Source: Chiloscyllium plagiosum
Taxonomy: Eukaryota
DNA: 57,871 bases
NCBI RefSeq assembly: GCF_004010195.1
Contig: NC_057756.1
Location: 165,660-223,530, forward strand
Direction of reading: 5' to 3'
Shown here: in pieces, positions 1 through 12,959 of the stretch
Layout of the letters: every line of letters starts with the position of its first letter
How positions within the stretch are numbered: the stretch's first letter is position 1
Made by a program: the position numbers and the translations under genes
The notes under the pieces: generated by a model
Databases searched by the model: none
Seen by the model: the letters and a program-made list of their open reading frames with translations, nothing else
What the model was told of the DNA's origin: nothing

Positions 1-730
1 GAAGAGGAACACCTGTACAAGGTATTCGCCAAAAACGGATACCCGCGCAACTTCATCAACAGATGCCCAAGAGAAAGTCCATGGAACGAGGACATACCAC
101 AACCAAAAGGACTAACCACGTTACCATACATCAGGAGCATCTCGGAACTGACAGCCAGACTACTGCGACCCCTAGGACTCATAACGTCACACAAACCAAC
201 AGCCACGCTCAGATAACAACTCACCAGAAAGAAGGCCCCGATAGCCAACATGAGCAAAACTAATGTAGTGTACAAAATCCCATGCAAGGACTGCACAAAA
301 CACTCTATAGGACAAACAGGAAGACAGCTAACAATCCACATACATGAACATCAACTAGCCACGAAACGACACGACCAGCTATCCTTAGTAGCCACACACA
401 CAGACAACAAGCAACATGAATTCGATTGGGACAACACTACTATCATAGGGCAAGCCAGACAGAGAACAGCCAGGGAATTCCTAGAGGCATGGCATTCATC
501 CACAAACTCCATCAACAAACACATCGACCTGGACCCAATATACCAACCACTACAGCGGACAGCTGAAACTGACAACCGGAAGCGGCATGGACGGACCACT
601 ATAAACACCGGAGGAAACATCAAAGAAGCGCTTTGCAGGAGGCTCCCAAGCACTGATGATGTCGCCTAGCCAGGGGACGGAACGTTTGCAACAAAAACTT
701 CCAGCTCGGCGAACAGAACCACAACAGGTT
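1..730 (+). mobile_element. Penelope-like element (PLE) 3' part with GIY-YIG endonuclease
   Basis: ORF 250-669 KTNVVYKIPCKDC..IGQTGRQL..IHEH...REFLEAWHS..INKHIDLDPIY is a PLE GIY-YIG domain. The upstream RT C-terminal frame is broken. A hammerhead-like motif follows. Confidence 0.9.
650..689 (+). ncRNA. Minimal hammerhead ribozyme motif, core mutated
   Basis: gca-CTGATGA-t-gtcgcct/aggggac-GGAAC-gtt-tgc; GAAA reads GGAA. Confidence 0.6.
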
Positions 731-970
731 TGTGATTTACACATGAAAGAAGCGAAACTATCACTGCATTCTAACAGATGAAAGGCTTAACAGACAATCA
801 ATTTTTCAATGTCTAATTTCAGTTACATCACACTGTAAATTTTTGCTATAAATTCTGTGTTAGGATTGAGCCCTCCACTATCACCTGATGAAGGAGCGTC
901 ACTCCGAAAGCTAGTGCGCTTCCAATTAAACCTGTTGGACTATTACCTGGTGTTGTGTGATTTTTAACTA
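730..970 (+). mobile_element. Second PLE terminal-repeat fragment
   Basis: Homologous to 39768-39922 (cctgatgaaggagc...aaacctgttggacta..acctggt.ttgtgtgatttttaact); contains a hammerhead motif. Confidence 0.7.
882..916 (+). ncRNA. Minimal hammerhead ribozyme, intact core
   Basis: cac-CTGATGA-a-ggag(cgtca)ctcc-GAAA-gct-a-gtg: helix I cac/gtg, helix II ggag/ctcc, palindromic AGCT helix III. Confidence 0.75.
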
Positions 971-1689
971 ATTAAAATCAACCCTTGACATAAACAAGGT
1001 GTGCTTTACGGCATGTGATGAGAGGCTTGGTATGAATGACATCCATCAGATAGATATTGTAATATGAAATCATTGGAGAGCTGGGATAACTACTTTCACA
1101 TTGTGAGGGTCAGCTGCTTTCCTCATGGCACCACACCACATGTCTTGTTGGCATCATCCAATTGGGCGGAGCTCAGTGCCAACTTCGATTACCTTACATC
1201 ATTGCATGCACATAAAGCAATCCTGGTACCAGCCAGTGAATGCAGGCCAGTGTCTATGGTGGGCACTCGTGTTGGCATACGCACAACGGCTGGTTGTGTA
1301 TCACTGATTCTGTCACCTTGGCCAGGAATTACAATACTCAGCTCAAGGTAACACCTTCTGTTTCCATATGGTTTCATCTCAGTTGAAATAGCAGGGAGGA
1401 ATTTAGCTGAATGAAGCACTCCAAGACGACTCACTGCAGGATGATAACGTAAAGTGTGCTACTGAGCCACATGATGAGGTACTAACTCAGAATACAAAAA
1501 CCTTAGAGAACTTTTAGGGGGAATCTTACAGGTCAGCATGGAGGGTTGGTAGAAATGACAGTCGGGAGGTTGGCTTTATTTACTTGTCTGTACTTATGCT
1601 AATTGATTAGCTAAACATTAAAAGATTGATGATCACAAAGGGTTACCTAAGGCATTGAGAAGCTGGTATTGCACAGTTGGAGAGCTTCT

Positions 1690-1985
1690 GAATCATTGAA
1701 TCCCTACAGTCTGGAAGCAGGTTATATGACACATCAAGTCCACACTGACCCTCTGACAAGCCAACCATCTAGACTCACACCCCAACCCTATTTCTATAGC
1801 CCTACACTTCCCATGGCTAATCCACACAACCTGCATGTACCCTCGATATCACGGGATAATTTAGCATGGCCGATCTACTTAATTTGTACAGCTTTGGACT
1901 GTGGGAGGAAACCGGAGCACCCTGAGGAAGCCCATGCAGACACAGGGAGAATGTGCAAACTCCGTACAGTCAGTCGCTTGAGGGC
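1690..1985 (-). mobile_element. HE1-like SINE, 5'-truncated
   Basis: tttggactgtgggaggaaaccggagcacc...gggagaatgtgcaaactcc is the reverse complement of the SINE core at 30265-30575. Confidence 0.8.
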
Positions 1986-2019
1986 ATAGTAGCTGTAAAA
2001 TATCATAGTGCTGCACATC

Positions 2020-4400
2020 ACCCTGTTGTAGGAAGGATATGCTCAAACTGGAGAGGGTTCAGAAAAGATTTGCCAGGATATTGCTGGGAATGGAGGGTTT
2101 GAGTCATAAGGAGAGCCTGGATTGGCTGGGATTTTCTTCACTGGAGCATTGGAGGTTGAGGGGTGACCTTTTTAGAGAGGGTGAATGGCAGGTGTCTTTT
2201 CCCTCGGGTGCGGGATTTCAAGACTAGATAGCATATGTTTGAAGGTGTGAGGAGAAAGATTTAGAAGGGAAATGGAGGCACATTTTTCCACAGAAGTGGA
2301 AGGAACTGCCATAGTAAGTGGTGGATGTTGGCACTGTTATAACGTTTAAAAGACGTTGAAATAAGTTATTGAATAGGAAAGGTTTGGGTCAAGTACAGGC
2401 AGGTGAGGTTAGTTTAGTTTGGGAATATGGTCAGTGTGGACTGGTTGTATAAGTCTTGCCTTTGTGTGTTTTATGAAAATACAGTACCAATTAAATTCCA
2501 TCTGCCACTCCTCAGCACATTGACCCAATTGATCAAGATGTCTTTGTCATCTTTGATAATCTTCTTCACTGTCCACTCTACCACCAATTTTGTTGTCACC
2601 TGTAAACGTACTATCCATGCCTTCTATAATCTCATCAAAATGATTTATACACTTATATTTGTGGTCTCACAAGTATTGATCATAAGGAAAGGCTTGGGTG
2701 TTATAAGCAGATGGTGGGGGCAGATAAGCTCTGAAGACAGAGTCATCAAGTCGCAGAGTCATACAGCACGGAAACAGTCCCTTCAGTCCAACGGATAAAA
2801 GAAAATTACTGCGGATGCTGGAATCTGAAACCAAAAGAGAAAATGCTGGAAAATCTTTGACAAGCTTTGACAAAGGGGCAGTTAAACTCGAAACGTCAGC
2901 TCTTTTCTCTCCTTACAGATGCTGCCAGACCTGCTGAGATTTTCCAGCATTTTCTCTTTTACCTTCAGTCCAACGGTTTGCCAAACTAAACTCGTATCAT
3001 TTGCTTATGTTTGCCCCATATCCCTCTCAACCTTTCCTATTCATGTACCAGTTTAAAGCTCTTTGAAATGTTGTAACTCTACTTGCATCCATCACTTCCT
3101 CTGCAGTTCATTCCACAAATGACCCATTATTTTTGTGAAGAAAGTTGCCCCTCAGGCCCCTTTTAAATCTTTCTCCTCTACCCGTAAAAATATGGCCTCT
3201 GGTTTTGTACTTCCACACCCTTAGGAAAAGATCTGTCCAGTGGAAAAAATGTGCCAGTGTATCTACCCTCTCCTTGTAACTCAAACCCTCCAGTCCTTGT
3301 AACGTCCTTGCAAATCTTTTCTGCACCTTTTTCCAATTTCATAATATCCTTCCTATTGCAGGACAACCAGGACTGTACACAATAATCCCGTTGGAATTAG
3401 AGGACTCAACACCATGCAAGTAAATAAGCTGCATCCTGCTTCTACAGTAAAGAACTGACATAGAGTTTATTTTATGCCAATGCTGCATGTAACCATTGTG
3501 ATCCAGATATGTACGAATATCTTGTTTTGACCTGTAAATGGTCCTTTGCTCCTCTATTCTATGCCCAGCTAATGAGGACAACCATCCTGTATGCCATCCT
3601 GACACCTTCAGGGATTATGGACTTGGATACCAAGGTCACTTTGTTTCTGAGTACTCCTTAGGGACCTACTCTTCTTTATGTACATCCTTTCCTTATTAGA
3701 CCTTCCAAAATGCATCACCTCACTCTTATCAGGATTAAATTCCATCTGATATTGCTCTGCCTAATTTACTTGCTGATAAATATCAGTCTGCATCCTGAGA
3801 CCATCCTCTTCACAAACACCAATTTTTGTGTCATCTCCAAAATTAATAATTTTACTTTCGACATTCACATTCAAGTCATTAATGTATATAACAAATAGCA
3901 AGGGTTCGAGAACTGAGCCCTGTCGTAGACTGCTGGTCACAGGCTTCCAATTACAGAAATGTTCCTCCACCTTTACCTCCTAGTTTGAAGCCAATTTTAG
4001 ACCCGGTTTGCCAATTTGCCTTGGATCCCATGGGCTTTTATCTTTTGGACCAGCCTTCCATGTAGTATCTTGTCAAAGGCCTTATTGAAGTCCATGCAAA
4101 CCCCATCAACTGCAATACTCCCATCAATATATTTAGGCATCTTTTCAAAAACTTCATTTCAGTTAGTCAGGCAAGATCACCCTCTAACAAATTCTGGAAT
4201 ATTATCCCTGAACAATTCCTGCCTATCCAAGTATTGATTAACCCCATTCTTTGAAACATTATCCAATAGTTTCCCAAGCACTGGTGTCGGACTAACTGTA
4301 ATGACCTGGCCTACCCCCTGCAGTCCTTCTTGAACAAAAGAACCACGTTAGCTATCCTCCAGCTATCTGGCACTTCGCTTGTAGCCAGTGATGTAGTAAA
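2020..4400. mobile_element. Cluster of degenerate CR1 LINE fragments (2020-2450 +; 2480-4400 mostly -)
   Basis: Peptides LERVQKRFARILLGMEGLS, QKRFARTLQGLEGLSYKER, WKPVTSSLRQGSVLEPLLFVIYINDL (CR1 ORF2 RT). Confidence 0.85.
2795..2961. mobile_element. Short PLE-derived insertion with internal inversion and 15-bp TSD
   Basis: TSD CCTTCAGTCCAACGG at 2780-2794 and 2962-2976; 24-bp inverted repeat aaaagagaaaatgctggaaaatct; degenerate hammerhead ...ctcGAAACGTC. Confidence 0.7.
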
Positions 4401-4402
4401 TA

Positions 4403-4530
4403 CCTCAGTGCTGACCATCCGACAATGCGGCACTCCCTCAGCACTGACTCTCCGACAATGCGGCATTTCCTCAGTACTGACCCTCCGACTGTGCAGCACT
4501 CCCTCAGCACTGACAGTGTGGCACTCCCTC
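4403..4530. repeat. Short array of the 33-bp minisatellite
   Basis: About 4 units of cactccctcagcactgaccctccgacagtgcgg, the same unit as 6510-7248. Confidence 0.85.
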
Positions 4531-5655
4531 AAGGTTTTTGATAAGGTTCCTCACAGTAGGCTCATTCAGAAAGTAAGGAGGCCTGAGATACAGGGAAATT
4601 TAGCTGTCTGAATACAGAATTGGTTGTCCCATAGAAGATAGAGAATGATAGTAGACGGAAAGTATTCAGCCTGGAGCTCGGTAACCAGTGGTATTCCATA
4701 GAGATCTGTTGTAGGACCTTTGCTCTTTGTGATTTTTATAAATGATTTGAATGAGGAAGTGGAAGAGTGCGATAGTAAGTTTGCTGATGACAGAAAGGTT
4801 GGTGGAATTGTGGATGGTGTGGAGGGCTGTTGTAGGTTACAACGAGACATTGTTTGGATGCAGAACTGGACTGAGATGTGGCAGATGGAGTTCAACCTGG
4901 AAAAATGTGAAGCAATTCATTTTGAAAGGTTGAGTCTGAATGCAGATTACAGTGTTAAAGGCAGTGTGGAGGAGCAGAGAGTTCTTCGGGCCCATATCCA
5001 TAGATCTCTCAAAGCGGCCAGCCAAGTTGATGGGTTGGAAGAATGTGTATGGTGTTTTGGCTTTCATTAGCAGGGAGAGTGATTTTAAGAGGCGCGAGGT
5101 TATGCTGCAGCTCTATAAGGCCTGGTTAGATCGCACTTGGAATATTGTGTTCAGTTCTGGTTACCTCATTATAGGCAGGATGTGGAAACTTCAGAGAGGG
5201 TGCAGCAGAGATTTACCAGGATGCTGCCTGGACTGGAGGGATTGTCTTATGAAGAATGCTTGTGGGAGCTAGGGGTCTTCTCATTGGAGCAAAGAAGGAT
5301 AAGAGGTGACTTGATAGAGGTGTACAAAATGATGAGTGAATAGCCAGAGACTTTTTCCCAGGAGGAAATGTCTATCACGAGGGGGCTTAATTTTAAGGTG
5401 ATTGGAGGAAGGTTTAGGGGAGATGTCAGGGGTAGGTTATTTACAGAGAGTGCTGGATGTGTGGAATGCACTGCCAGCAATTGTACTGGGGTCAGATACA
5501 TTAGAGACATTTAAGTAACTTGTGGATAGGCACATGGATCATAGTAAAATGTATGTAGGTTAGTCTGATGTGAGAGTAGGATAAAAGGTCGGCACAACAT
5601 CGAGAGCCAAAGGGCCTGTACTGTGCTGTACTGTTCTACGTTCTAAGTTCTATGT
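4531..5655 (+). mobile_element. CR1 LINE 3' fragment
   Basis: FDKVPH, LFVIFINDL, KFADD, EYCVQFW, ERVQQRFTRMLPGLEGLSYEE; 3' UTR gggcctgtactgtgctgtactgttcta with a ttctatg tail. Confidence 0.9.
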
Positions 5656-6505
5656 TCTTCAATGTTGTAGTGTGCCCAGGCAGAAGATGATGTGTTGTTC
5701 CTCTAATTTGTGGTTTGATTCACTGTGGCAATGGAGGAGGCCTTGGTTTGTTCCACTCTCTCCACCAACACCCCAATCCGCTTGGTAATTTCCCCGTCAC
5801 CAAAAAAGATGCAACGCCTGCTGGCATATCACTTCCCTCACCTGCATTCAGGGCCCTAAACAGTACTTCCAAGTGAAACAGAGGTTCACAAGCTTCTCCT
5901 CCAACCTGTTCAACAGTATCTGGTGCTCCCGTTATGTTCTTACCTACGTCGGTGAGTCCCAATGAAGACCAGGTGACTGTTTCACAGAATATCTTTGGGT
6001 TCCTCCTGGTCACCTCCCATTTCAGATCCCCCTCCTGCTTCCTGACCAACATGACCATCCTCGGCATCGTCCTTTGCCACAATGAATCAAACCACAAATT
6101 GGAGGAACAACACCTTATCTTCTGCCTGGGCAGCCGGCAGTCTGGGGATTTAACATTGAGTTTCTAATTACACATAATCTTCCCACCCATCCTCCGGCTC
6201 CCTTCACAGCCCCAGCTCCTTCCTTCCAGCTGCCGACCTGAATCATCCACCATCCCCCCCCTTCGAGCAACCAGGCCGTACCCACTGCCTGTGTTCACCT
6301 ATCAATACCTCACAATTCCAATACCTCCCCACCTCCAAGACCCCTACCCTTTATCTGTAGGTCTCCCAACTCCCACATCTAGTCCTGAAGAAGGGTTAAT
6401 ACATGAAATGTTGGCTTCTCCACCTCCTGATGCTGCCTAGTTTGCTGTGTTTTTCCAGCTTCCTCTTTGTCTACTTTGGATTCCAGCATCAGCAGTTTTT
6501 TTTGT
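5655..6505 (+). mobile_element. Degenerate PLE fragment with inverted 5' segment
   Basis: About 5672-5740 is an inverted copy of about 6070-6132 (KLEEQHLIFCLG); GIY-YIG remnants; degenerate hammerhead CTGAAGA...GAAA near 6385. Confidence 0.7.
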
Positions 6506-6509
6506 CCCC

Positions 6510-7248
6510 CACTCCCTCAGCACTGACCCTCCAACAGTGCAGCACTCCGTCATCACTGACCCTCCAACACAGCACCACTCCCTCAGCACTGACCCTCCAA
6601 CAGTGCAGCACTCCCTCAGTACTGACCCTCCAACAGTGCAGCACTCCCAGAGCTCTAACCCTCCAGCAGTGCAGCACCCCCTCAGCACTGACCCTCCAAC
6701 AGTGCAGCACTCCCTCAGTACTGACCCTCCAACAGTGCAGCACTCCCACAGCACTGGCCCTCCAACAGTGCGGCACTCTCTCAGTACTGACCCTCCGGCA
6801 GTGCAACACTCCCTCAGCACTGACCCTCTGGCAGTGCAGCACTCCTTCAGTACTGACCCTCTGACATTGCAGCACTCCCTCAGTACTGACCTTCAAACAG
6901 TGCAACACTCCTTCAGTACTGACCCTCCAACAGTGCTGCACTCCCTCAGCACTGACCCTCCAACGCAGCACCACTCCCTCAGCACTGACCCTCCAACAGT
7001 GCAGCACTCCCACAGCACTGACCCTCCACCAGTGCAACACTCCCTCAGCACTGACCCTCTGGCAGTGCAGCACTCCTTCAGTACTGACCCTCTGACATTG
7101 CAGCACTCCCTCAGTACTGACCCTCCAACAGTGCAACATTCCCTCAGCACTGACCCTCTGGCAGTGCAGCACTCCTTCAGTACTGACCCTCCGACTGGGC
7201 AGCACTCCCTCAGTACTGACCTTCCAACAGTGCAGCACTTCCTCAGTG
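6510..7248. repeat. 33-bp minisatellite, about 22 copies
   Basis: Unit CACTCCCTCAG(C/T)ACTGACCCTCCAACAGTGCAG, translating as HSLSTDPPTVQ repeats; contiguous units with no spacers. Confidence 0.95.
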
Positions 7249-7439
7249 ATGATCAGCAGGATATTCACCTTCCTTCAGTATCGTCACATGCTGGTGGTTG
7301 CCACTGGTTCCCAGGTAGTTGTATTGGGGTCTGCACCGTGACCCTCTGAGTCTGACATGATATTGGTATAACTACAGATTCACAATTCCTTGAAGTGGAA
7401 TAGGAAGTAGACAGGATAGTTAAGAGGACTTTTTATTAA

Positions 7440-8578
7440 TTTCAAAAATATACTTTATTCATAAAAACCTTTTGGTATCTGTACAGTTAGTGATGCCATT
7501 CATATGTATACATTGCATGTCTTTACATACAGAGGTCTGTATGTTAACCGTCCAGGTGTTTAGCCGAGGCATTAGAAGAGCCCAATTACTGAGTGGGCAC
7601 CGCGTTCTTCTTCGGCAGGCAGGCCTTACCCGGTGGTCTTTCCCCACCGCGCCTTGGCAGCTGGCCCAAGCTTCAGTGCATCCCTCAACACGTCCTCCTG
7701 AACCTTGGAAAGTGCCAGTCTGCAACACTCAGTTGAGGTCAACTCCTTCAGCTGGAAGACCAACAGGTTTCGGGCAGACCAAAGAGTATCTTTCACCGTG
7801 ATGATGATCCTCCAGGCACATTTGATGTTTGTTTCAGTGTGTGTCCCAGGGAACAGGCCATAGAGCACGGAGTCTGCAGCTGCTCAGGACGAACATCGAC
7901 AAACACCACTGCATTCCCCTCCAGATTTCCTTTGCGTAGACACATTCCAGAAGGAGGCGTGTGACAGTCTCGTCCCCCCCCCGTAGCCGCTTTGAGGGCA
8001 GTGTGTGGTGTGGCTGAGAGTCTGGGCGTGCATAAAGGATCTCACAGGCAGAGCCCTTCTCACCACCAGCCAAGCCATGTCTTGGTGCTTGTTGGAAAGT
8101 TCTGGCGATGAGGCATTATGCCAAATGACTTTGACAGTCTGCCGGGAACTGCTCAACAGGATCCGCCCTCTCCTTTTCCCGAAGGGTCTCAAGGACACTG
8201 TGTGCTGATCACTTCCTGATGGACTTGTGGTCAAAGGTGTTTTTCTTCATAAGTTTCTCCATGAAGGACAGGTGATACAGAATGGACCAACTACTTGGAG
8301 CGTTCCGCGGCAGCGAGGCCAGGCTCATCCTTCGTAGCACTGGGACAGGTAGAACCTCAGTACGTAGTGACACTTGGTGTTTGCGTACCGGGGATCCACG
8401 CACAGCTTGATGCAGCCACACACAAAGGTGGCCATCAGGATGAGGTTGCCATTGGGTGTGTTTTCTCCCCCATTGCCCAGATCTTTATACATGGTGTCCC
8501 TTTGGACCCGGTCCATCTTTGACCTCCACATGAAGTGGAAGATGGCCTGGGTGACTGCGGTGACACAGGTTCTGGGCA
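7440..8578 (-). mobile_element. L1/Tx1-clade LINE ORF2 3' fragment
   Basis: FHFMWRSKMDRVQRDTMYKDLGNGG, zf-RVT-like CPQSG..GDETVTRLLLECVYAKEIW; minus-strand AATAAA near 7455. It interrupts a CR1 fragment. Confidence 0.8.
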
Positions 8579-8654
8579 TTTGGTACGCTTGCCTTTATTG
8601 GTCAGTTCATTGAATATAAGAGTTGGGAGGACATATTTTAACTGCACAGGACAG

Positions 8655-8885
8655 GTTACTCTGAAGAGTAACCCACCCAGACCCATTTCCTTCTGACTAA
8701 TGCATCTAACACTGTGGGTAATTTAGCATGGCCAATTCACCTGACCTGCACATCTTTGGACTGTGGGAGGAAACCAACGCAGACACAGGGAGAATGTGCA
8801 AACTCTGCACAGACAGTCACCCGAGGCTGGTATTGAACCTAGGACCTTGGTACTATGAGATAGCAGTGCTAACCACTGAGCCACA
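8655..8885 (-). mobile_element. HE1-like SINE
   Basis: SINE core plus reverse-complemented tRNA head (gcagtgctaaccactgagcca). Confidence 0.85.
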
Positions 8886-8994
8886 AGAGTTGGGAGGTCA
8901 TGTTGTAGCTGCACAGGACATTGGTTAGGCCACTTTTGGAATATTCCTGATGAACGGCTTTTGCCCAAAAGTGCTGCACTGTCAATTGTCCTAC

Positions 8995-9615
8995 TAACTA
9001 CCACACTAGATCTTGACCTTGACCACATGGCGATGATCATCTGGTCTTCTTCCCCTGCTGGTCTCAGGGGTGTCTTCTCTTCACGGTAGTTGGTCTCGAA
9101 TTATTGCTCCTGAGGGTGATGTTGCAGCCTCTTATACTTAAGGGTCTTGGCCCCGTTTTGTGAGGGTCTTCACTGCTCACCAATAGCTCGATAACCTAAT
9201 CGATCGGACCCAATAGGGCGTTGACATGTCAATCGCAGCATGGTCCTTGGGCATCCATTCCTGGAGCCTTTGGAAGCATATCAGTCAGGTGGCCCTTTCC
9301 AAAGCCTTTCCAAATCCTTTTACAAAAGCTGTGTGGCGCTTCTTCATCTGGTAAACAACACGATGTTTCCAATTGTCCTGGGGATGATATTCAGGTCAAA
9401 TCCATTCAATTCAAAATCAAGTGTATATTGTATGGTCTGCAGCTGCTGGGTCAATTATATGCTACCTGTCTGTAGCTGTAGCCTGTCTGGATTCTGTAGC
9501 TTGTTTATTTCAGAGTCTTTTAAGCAGTCACCTTGACCAAGGCTGCCTCAATTTCCCAGTATTCCTCATTCAGTTGTCCGTTTTCTTAATAAGTCCATCA
9601 TTTTGACTAGGAGAA
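8995..9615 (-). mobile_element. Possible LTR-like fragment
   Basis: Minus-strand TATA-like gtataag (about 9131-9137) with two CCAAT boxes upstream of it; termini and TSD not resolved. Confidence 0.3.
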
Positions 9616-9639
9616 AGTGAGGACTGCATCTCCCACTTC

Positions 9640-11050
9640 CTCCAGACCAAAGGGAATCTGCATGGGCCCCAGCTATGCCTGTCTCTTCATTGGGTAGGTG
9701 GAACAGTCCATCTTCCACAGCTACTCCGGTACCTTTTCCTCCGCTACATCGATGACTGTATTGGCACCACCTCGTGCTCCCAAGATTGAACAGTTCATCA
9801 ACTTCACTAACACCTTCCACTCTGACCTTAAGTTCACCTGGACCATCTCAGACGTCCCTCTCCCCTTCCTGGACCACTCCATCTCCATTTTCGTCGACCA
9901 ACTCAACACAGACATCTACTTCAAACACACTGACCCACACAGCTACCTGGGCTACACCTCCTCCCACCCTGCCTCCTGTATAAACATGATCCCTTATTCC
10001 CAATTCCTCCGCCTCTGCTGCATCTGCTCCCAGGAGGGCCAATTCCACTATAGAACATCCCAGATGGCCTTCTTCTTCAAAGGCCGCAATCTCTCGTCCC
10101 ACATGGTTGATGATGCCCTCCAATATATCTCCTTCACTTCCTGCACCTCAGCCCTTGAATTCCACCCCTCCAATCAAAACCAGGACGGGACCTCCCTGGT
10201 CCTTACCTTCCACCACAACAACCTCCGGATTCATTGCATCATCCCCTGTTATTTCTGCCAAGTACAAACAGACCCCACCACCAGGGATATGTTCCCCTTT
10301 CAGCATTCCGCAGAGATCATTCCCTTGTTGGGTCCACGCCCCCCACCAACCCAACCTCCACTCCTGACATCTTCCCTTGCTGTCACAAGAGCTGTAAAAC
10401 CTGTGCCCACACCTCCTCCCTCACCTCCATCTAAGGGCCCAAAGGGTCCTTCCACATCTGACAGAGATTTACCTGTACTTCCACACATATTGCACCCAGT
10501 GTGGTCTCCTCTACATTGGGGAGACAGGACTTTCAGAGAACATCTCTGGGACACACGCACTAAATGACCCAGGTGGCTGAACACTTTAACTCCCTCTCTC
10601 ACTCGGTCAAGGACATGCAAGTCCTGGGCCTCTTCCACTGCCAAACCCTAACCACCTGACACCTAGAGGAAGAACATCTCATCTTCCATCTTGGAACTCT
10701 CAATCATGCGGGATCAATGTGGATTCACAAGTTTCCTCATTTCCCCTCCCTCCACCTTAGCCCAAATCAAACCTTCCAACTCGGCACTGACTTCTTGAAC
10801 TGCCCTACCTGTCCATCTTCCTTTCCATCTATCCCCTCCACCCTTCTCTCCAACCTATTACCTTCTCCCCATCTTCATCCATCTATCGCAATCCCAGCTA
10901 CATTCCCCCAGCCCCACCCTCTTCCCATTTATTTCTCAGCCCCCTTGGCCACAAGCTTCATTCCTGATGAAGGGCGTATGTTTGAAATGTCATCTCTCCT
11001 GCTCCTCGGCTGCTGCCTGAAGGGCTGTGCTCTTCCAGCACCCATCATTT
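9640..11050 (+). mobile_element. Penelope-like element, RT plus GIY-YIG remnant
   Basis: MGPSYACLF, frameshifted FLRYIDD, LPFLD, TDIYFKHTD..SYL, CKTC, YIGETG; hammerhead-like CTGATGAaggg...GAAA at about 10964. Confidence 0.9.
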
Positions 11051-12210
11051 TGAATGTCCAATCTGGTCCCACTACATGTTCTTGAGTATAAATTCTTAGG
11101 GAAAAAAATGGAAAATTAACGGAATATTAAGTTCAGCATTGCAGACCTTCAAAAGTACAAAATCAGCATAATAAATGACAAAAAACCTCCAGGTAAAGTG
11201 ATAAAACAAACTATCACTTTCGTGTGAAGATCAAAATGAAGCCGACTTTTGCAGTATGCTACTCACAAATTTCCTGTCTCCCTTTCCATTCTGGGTAGGA
11301 TTTACATATTTTCTCCCTAAGAATGATTTCTATCCACCCTCCATTAATGGGAATATGTCACGTTACTGATGCCACATTGTAAAAGAGCTGGTACAGTGTG
11401 TGATATCGAAATGTTCGTATGTGTTTTAATGTGAACAGGAATGTGGCGCTGCCCTTCTTACCATGCAGAGACATGTCTGAGTATCCAGCAAGGTTGGATC
11501 TAGCGCTGAACTGTTCAGAATGGCCAAGGAAATCCTCCAGAATAAGGCAGGGCATGCCAGAAAAGTGTACAGTCTTCACAACATGATCAAAAGGTGGGGA
11601 GGTGGGATATGTTCAACAAATCATCTCGTTTCTTCATTCGGTGGGAATAACAGAACTTACTGTGTTCATATAATCCACGTTCACACTCTCAGGATGCCCC
11701 TAACCATTTAAACAGCTTGTCAAACCTTTCAATTCTGTACCCAAGAGGAATTTGCGTCCACTTCTAAGTTGGCTATGCCATTGAAATGGGACAGGACTAT
11801 AAACTTCCTGGATTATCTCCTTACCTGAGAGAGTCTATTGGCTGTTAATATCTGGGATACAGACACAAAAATTGGGTTCAGTCAGTCACCAGTGATAACA
11901 GAAATTGAAATGATCAAAATCTCCTTTAAAAGTAAGAGACAATTTAATCTCAATACTGTGCTTCCAAAGCAGGACCAGGAGTTTAAATGACAAAGTGTGT
12001 ACTTGTCAGGGAAAGGCAACGTGCCTGTATATTTCAATTATTTTTGAGAGGAGGAGGAGGACAAGGGAATGTACATTCACCCTTCATTCATTTCCATGCG
12101 CCATGGCCTGGCTAACTCCATAATGATCCAGTTCTACCCACTGAACATAATAATGTATTGACCATCATGTGAATGAAGGATCAGGAATAAAAAAGAGGTG
12201 CTCTACTAAC

Positions 12211-12328
12211 AAAATGGAATCTGTATGTTCTGATTGTCTCTTGTCACTCTGAGGAGTGTGAACTGTTGAGAGATCAGGAGGTCACTGAGGGAATTCGATT
12301 TTTCCTCATAGATTGAACATCCTTCCTT
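12211..12328 (-). other. Candidate exon of unknown gene
   Basis: aacag|AAGGAAGG...ATTCCATTTT|gttagt; one open frame KEGCSIYEEKSNSLSDLLISQQFTLLRVTRDNQNIQIPF, in phase with 13420-13661. Confidence 0.25.
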
Positions 12329-12384
12329 CTGTTGTCAATTGGAATGCATCCTTCAACAAAATCCATCTGATCATTCTACTTTCA

Positions 12385-12870
12385 TTGCTAAAGGGATTGA
12401 ATTTAAGATCAAGGAGGATCTGCTGCAATTGTACAAGGTGTTGGTGAGGCCGCACCTGGAGTACTGTGCGCGGCTCTGATCTCCTTACTTTAGGAAGGAT
12501 ATATTGGCTTTGGGGGTGGTGCAGCAGAGATTCACCAGGTTAATTCTGGAGATGAGGGGATTACCCTATGAGTAGAGGTTGAGCCACTTGGGACTACTCG
12601 CTAGAATTTAAAAGAATGAGACGGAATCTTATAGAAATATATAAAATTATGAAAGGGATTGATAAGGTCGAGGCATGCAAGATGTTTCCACTGCTGGCTG
12701 AGACTAGGACTAGCGCATGGGCCTCAAGATTAGGGGAGCAGATTTAGAACAGAGATGAGGAGGAACTGCTTTTCCCAGAGAGTAATGAATCTATGGAGTT
12801 CTCTGCCTGAGGAAACAGTCGAGGCAGCTTCATTAAATGTATTCAAGACACAGCTGGATGAGTTCAGGAA
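12385..12870 (+). mobile_element. CR1 LINE 3' fragment
   Basis: LVRPHLEYC; MRRNCFSQRVMNLWSSLP. Confidence 0.85.
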
Positions 12871-12959
12871 GCTCCGGGGCTGGACAGAGCAATGTCAGGA
12901 GCTGGATTCTGCTGAACTCAACAAATACCATCAGTGAACAGCCTCAGATTCTCTCAGGT

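Noticed and set aside
6510..7248. CRISPR array or repetitive-protein gene
   Set aside because: Units are contiguous with no unique spacers in a eukaryotic context; ORFs in many frames are a tandem-repeat artefact.
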